Assembly (NCBI RefSeq): GCF_009914755.1
Contig: NC_060926.1
Reading direction: 5' to 3' (one strand)
Length of the DNA stretch: 64,000 bases
DNA from: the human T2T-CHM13v2.0 reference genome, Homo sapiens
A model generated the notes under the pieces. The model worked only from the letters and a program-made list of their open reading frames with translations, was not told the origin of the DNA and did not search any database. A program made the position numbers and the translations under genes. Positions within the stretch are counted from its first letter, which is position 1. The number at the start of each line of letters is the position of its first letter. Below are positions 58,670 to 64,000 of this stretch, one piece after another.

Positions 58670-58723
58670 CAATTAATTCTAATGAATTAATCAATTAATT
58701 CTAATGAATTAATCAATTAATTC
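58670..58723. repeat. Perfect 22-bp tandem repeat (about 2.4 copies)
   Basis: Unit caattaattctaatgaattaat. Confidence 0.85.
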
Positions 58724-58749
58724 AAAAAGTCAGAATTAACCCTATTCAA

Positions 58750-59150
58750 GCTCTACAATATTTAAGGCTTCCAGGGACTTTTGTAATTTGGTCTCTACTT
58801 ATCTATTTAATCTTTTCTCTCACCACAACCTTTGCCCAACCTACTCCAAACACTTCAACTATAGTAAATTACTAAATTACTTTCAGTTCCTCATGGAGAT
58901 TTGGCAGGAGGACATTTCCTATTTCTGGAAGGCCTTTCCTTCTACTAAGAAAACACCTGACTCATCCCTGGCACCCCCTACCTGGTTTAAGTGCTACTTC
59001 CGTGTGTGTCCATAGCACTTTGTGCTTCCCTTCCCCAGGATATCTGAATATCTCACTTGGCCTTCAGGTTCTTGAAAACAGGGACAGTGTCATTTTTGTC
59101 CATCATTGTATCCCAAGGTAGTAGACACTCAATAATAATTATTAAATGTG
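58750..59150 (+). mobile_element. L2 3' region
   Basis: ttcttgaaaacagggacagtgtc...attgtatccc...actcaataa. Confidence 0.6.
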
Positions 59151-59989
59151 TAAACCAAATAAGTTGGTGGATTTTAAATAATAGTATCACTGTGTTCTCA
59201 GACTAGAGGCCAGTGTATCAACTCTGCACCTTTGAAGTTGAAGTTGAAGAATGGCCCAACTTCATGGTCATTATATTCATTTTCTGAATCATGCCAGGAA
59301 TCATGAAGTTTCCCAAATGCGAATTCATGATGATTTTACACACACGTCATTTCATGCCTTTGTTTTCTTTCCTAATGATGCCTGGGATTTCATTGGACTT
59401 TTTGGCTGATATCTTCAGAGAATACTTGAAATGGCTTCAAGGTCTTTTTTTTTCCAGGTCGGAAATAATTATTTGGAATTATCATCCTATAAGCACAGTT
59501 TGTAGGATAGAAAAATCAGAAACAGTGAACTGAGTTTAAATTTATCTTAAGTTAGATTCTGTATGTTACCAGCAGCACAAATTTTATCTCTTTGTCAAAC
59601 AGAGCTGAAAAGCTATTGTAAAGTTCAAGAACATCTCCCCTAAGGAACAAAAGCAGAAGACTTCTGTTATGATGAGGGAAATCAAACAAACCTTGATTCT
59701 GAAACAGCTTTGTTCTCAGAAAGATGACTTTTTAAGGGAGGAGACCAAAACAAGAGTGAAAAACCAGAGGCAGGGACCTTGGGACCAGTAGAGATTAGTT
59801 AAGCATAAAGGGATCTGCTTGAAAGGTATGTATAGGCTTGATAGGGAGAACAGAAGAGTGTCATGGCAGCAAGGTATGAATTAAGAAAACATGTCTTGGT
59901 TTATAAGAGATTTTACTTGGTTTTATTCATCTGCTCTAAGGTGTATGATACTTTAAGCTTGGAAAGTAATTTTCTTATAGTTTTAATGA

Positions 59990-60337
<348 letters not shown>

Positions 60338-60984
60338 TAAAACCAGTTTTTAGCTTATAAGTTATTTAAATTATTTTTCTATAACAGACTTTAGGTGCTT
60401 CTAGATGATAGATTCTAAAATAAAACTCCATTTTATTTTAACTTGGAGTCATTTTAACTCCAAGTCCTGTCTCAGGAAATTATAGGTGAATAATGAAGGT
60501 CACTTTATGACAGTTATTAGTAAAAATATAGTTATCTGATTAGATCATTATTGGGAACGAGCAAATGTTTCTTTTTCTTTGAAAATAAAAAGGGTCAAAT
60601 GATATAAATCATCCACTTGTGTCTCATGATAATTAAAGATTGGTGCTTAAAGCATAAACATCTATTTTTCTGCCTCCATAAACTTGCTTTCTTAATGATT
60701 TTAATCAAATGTTCAGGTGAAATGGCATTGATTTTATATCATGAGGCTTTGAAAAGCAGCTCAAGAGGGTTGAGACGCATTCAAACTAGTCATTGTGGTA
60801 GTGATCACAGATCATTGTGATGGCAGGGACAGGATAAAGGAAGATTCTGCACTCTGGTCCAAAAAAAATCAGCTGCACAAGGACAGGGCTGGTGACACAG
60901 AGTTTGGTGGTGCATGTTTAAAAAAGATGATCATTATCTAGGTTCATGCCCTGAAATTGGTTTTTACATCTCACTGGTTTATTT

Positions 60985-62195
60985 CAGTCTGAACAGACCC
61001 ATTTTTTCCCATGATATTAAGTTTTCTGAAGCACTTAAGGAATGCTGTTTAATTTAAAGTCTTGTAGGATGCTCCTTATTTTTGATTTGTCTGATTATTT
61101 CCTCTTGATATCCAGTTATTTACTTTGGTTCCTCTTTCCCCTGAATTTCCTGTAAACAGTAAGTTGGGTCTTGAACAGGGGTTGACACACTATGACCCTG
61201 GGACCAAATCCAATCTACTGCTTATTTTTATAAATAAAGTTTTATTGGCACATAGCCATACCCATTTGCTTACATATTGACAGAGCTGAGAAGCTGTGAC
61301 AGAGACAGGATGGCCCACGCAGCCTAACATAATTATGTTCTAACTCTTTCCAAATAAAATTTGCCAACTCATTGACTAAGAAATTGATTGGCTTCAGGTA
61401 AAATATTTTGGCACCAGGGTGATGTACTTCATATTATACCATCATGAGGCACACTGTCAGTTTGCCTCAGTATTAGTGATGCTAAATCAGTACACTTGGT
61501 TAAGGTAGCGATAGTCAGCTCTCTCCATTGTAAAGGCATATTTTTTCCCTTTTAATTTAGTAATTCATAGAGTTATACTTGGTTCTGTGTAAATGTCCAA
61601 TTTTCTGAAAAATTCTTTACCTAAAAGTTTCACCATCCATTGATGATCTAGAATTATTACATTAGGAAATAAAAAATGTTATTTTCTAAATCTATCATTT
61701 CTTCAGCATTTATTAGCTGACACATTAAAATAGCCTAAACTCACCCCATAATTTCCCTGCCCCAGACCTGGAATCAGCCATTTGTTTCCCAATTAGCCCT
61801 GTTCCTTCAGGTGGGAAATAATATCTAGAAATCAGTACCTAGATACTAGGTAGGCTCATTGCCACTGGAGTGTCATTGTTTCTAGGCCCTTACTGTGATG
61901 CTTTCTAGAGAGAGAAAAATTTACTTAAAAATTATAAGTTCTTATTTATATTTTCATTTTATATTTAATATCACCGTTTTGAAATTTTCATTTAATATTG
62001 GTATTTTTCTTTTACACTGAGTCCTAGTCCTGTTAATATTAATATGTCAATTTATATGTAAATATTTCGAAGTCTCAATACCAGTGTTACCAATAATAAT
62101 AAACCTAACCAGTGAAGTTTAGGATTTCGTTCCAGTACTTTTTCCCTAAGAATATATCCAAATAATGTATACAGATTACTGTTTTCTTTTATTTG
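60985..62195 (-). mobile_element. L1MC-type 3' region, interrupted by MER58A
   Basis: tttccctgccccagacctggaatcagccattt...tcattgccactggagtgtcattgtttctaggccc. Confidence 0.65.
61176..61373. mobile_element. MER58A (hAT-Charlie)
   Basis: caggggttgac...tttttataaataaagttttattggcacatagcc...aaatttgccaac. Confidence 0.8.
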
Positions 62196-62201
62196 TTACT
62201 A

Positions 62202-62497
62202 TTTTTTTTTTTGGAGACAGGGTCTCACTCTGTCACCCAGGCTGGAGTGCAGTATTATGATCTTGGCTCACTGCAACCTCCATGTCCCAGGCTCAAGTGA
62301 CCGTCCCACCTCAGCCTCCTGAGTAGCTGGAACTACAGCTATACGCCACCAACTCTGGCTAATGTTTTTGTATTTTTTGTAGACACAGGGTTTCACCATG
62401 TTGCCCAGGCTGCTCTGGAACTCCAGAACATAAGCAATCCACCCATCTCGGCTTCCTAAAGTGCTGGGATTACAGGTGTGAGCCACCAAACCTGGCC
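62202..62497 (-). mobile_element. AluJ
   Basis: gagacagggtctcactctgtcacccagg...gctcaagtgaccgtcccacctcagcc...ccatgttgcccaggctg. Confidence 0.88.
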
Positions 62498-62574
62498 CAG
62501 AGTTTTCAAAAGTTACTTAAAATAGTCTTTTTTCCTCATATGGTTATATTATCTTACTTGGGAGGGGTTAAAAA

Positions 62575-62910
62575 AACATTATTATGACAATTGGGGAAAT
62601 TTGAATATGGCTAGATACTAATTGATATTATGGAATTACCATTCATTTTCTTAGGTATCACAATGGTATCGTGGTTAAGTACGTAATTGTCCTTATTCTC
62701 AGTTAATTCATGTCAATGTAGTGATAAAGTGTCATGATGTCTGCAACTCTCTTTCAAATGGCATGGCATAACAAAGTGTGTGTGTGAAGGTAGAGAGAGA
62801 GAGTAGAAATGATGAAGCAAATCGGGCAAAATATTAAAAATTAGTAAAACTGGGTAGAAATTATTTGCACTATTCTTATAACTCTTCCTTTGCTTGAAAT
62901 TTTATGAATA
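62575..62910 (+). mobile_element. L1ME-type 3' end
   Basis: gacaattggggaaatttgaatatgg...aagtgtcatgatgtctgcaact. Confidence 0.65.
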
Positions 62911-63316
62911 ATTAAAATTTAGAGAAAAAGGTGGGAGAGAAAGAAAAATATTGTCATTGTTCCATATGAATTTTTTAAAGTGTTCCATACACATACGCAC
63001 AATCACTTTCCCACTTTGGGCAAAATTAATTAACGTATGTATCTTGAGGAAAGAAGCTTATAAGTTTGCTCTGTTTTAGCAGAAGGGTCAGACCATACAT
63101 AAGGCTCTGAGTGTTATACTGTGGAAGTGAATAGGCAGAAAGGAATGCAATCAGATGAGAATGGTGTCTTTGGTTTAATAGAATGTCAAGTTTTCTCAGC
63201 TTTCCTTCATTTCAGTTAAGTTTTTCTAAAGGCGAGATAGAACCCAAGTATGTAAGAATATTTTGCTTTTAAGCAGCAATACTGATGTTCCCCGCTTCTT
63301 CCACCATCCTGCTACA

Positions 63317-63630
63317 CCTGGGGTCAGTACACATTTTGTGGAAACGGTGCCAAATAATAAATATTTCAGGCCTGCAGGCCATACAGTCTCTGTTGGCATC
63401 TATTCAACTCTGTCACTGCAGCACACGAAAGCAGCCAGAGACAAACAAAGAAGCTTGGCTCTGTTCCAATAAAACTTTACTTATGGACACAGAAATTTTA
63501 ATTTCATATAATTTCTACACAACACAAATTCTTTTTTATCTTCTTTTTTTGACCATTTAAACATGCAAAAACATATTCTTAGCTTGCAGGCAATACAAAA
63601 AACAGGCAGAGGGCCAGATATGGACTAACC
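63317..63630. mobile_element. MER58B-like (hAT-Charlie)
   Basis: taaatatttcaggcctgcaggccatacagtctctgtt...gttccaataaaactttacttatggacac...agggccagatatgg. Confidence 0.78.
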
Positions 63631-64000
63631 CAGAGAACAAAAGGGAAAACTTAAAATTGAATCTTTGTGTTGGCTGCCCTTTAGCTGCCTAGCTTAACTT
63701 TGGTGAAGGAAAGGGGCTCTCTTAGATGGTGTGACAGGTCTGAGCAGCACTATACTCTTAAGCCATTCAGCAGAGAGCAGGAGAGTCCTCTGAGACCTCC
63801 AAGATTAAAGAAGTCCATGAGCTGCTGTAAGTAGGGAGGCTTGCTTCAAGTTTGTAATCAGTGTGATTGGAGTCATAATGAAAGTAATGGTAACTGGAAC
63901 CTTGGTCTGTTAGTCCAGCATCTACTTAGAGTTGGAGAGCATTGTCTTATTTGCTCCCTTCTGCAAGTGAAGCCACCTTACCCACTGTCTGTGCCTTGAG

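Noticed and set aside
60424-60465. 9-bp hairpin acttggagt...actccaagt
   Set aside because: Short enough to arise by chance in 64 kb.

Overview
AT-rich, repeat-dense primate (human-like) genomic DNA. The only intact protein-coding sequence is the last three coding exons of a minus-strand gene I recognise from memory as CCDC148 (39647-39764, 37289-37429, 32878-33024). Its 3' UTR extends to about 31850-32120, and 39765-64000 is intron. Much of the window is interspersed repeat: a full-length L1PB carrying a solo LTR10F and an AluY, older L1M, L2, MIR, MaLR LTRs, hAT and Tigger DNA elements, and Alus. The main unexpected signal lies downstream of CCDC148 on the same strand. Five decayed exon-like segments (19756-19903, 18965-19196, 1924-2082, 1531-1646, 10-158) fit a class II cytokine receptor in order, splice phase and residual motifs (two FN3 domains, transmembrane helix, box1-like motif). 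This is a candidate unitary pseudogene, possibly of the type IV interferon receptor IFN-upsilonR1. Several small template-switch/fold-back scars, a 187-bp templated local duplication and a tiny twin-primed L1 are also visible. Repeat subfamily calls and gene identity come from recall of consensus sequences, not from database searches. Boundaries of old repeats are approximate.
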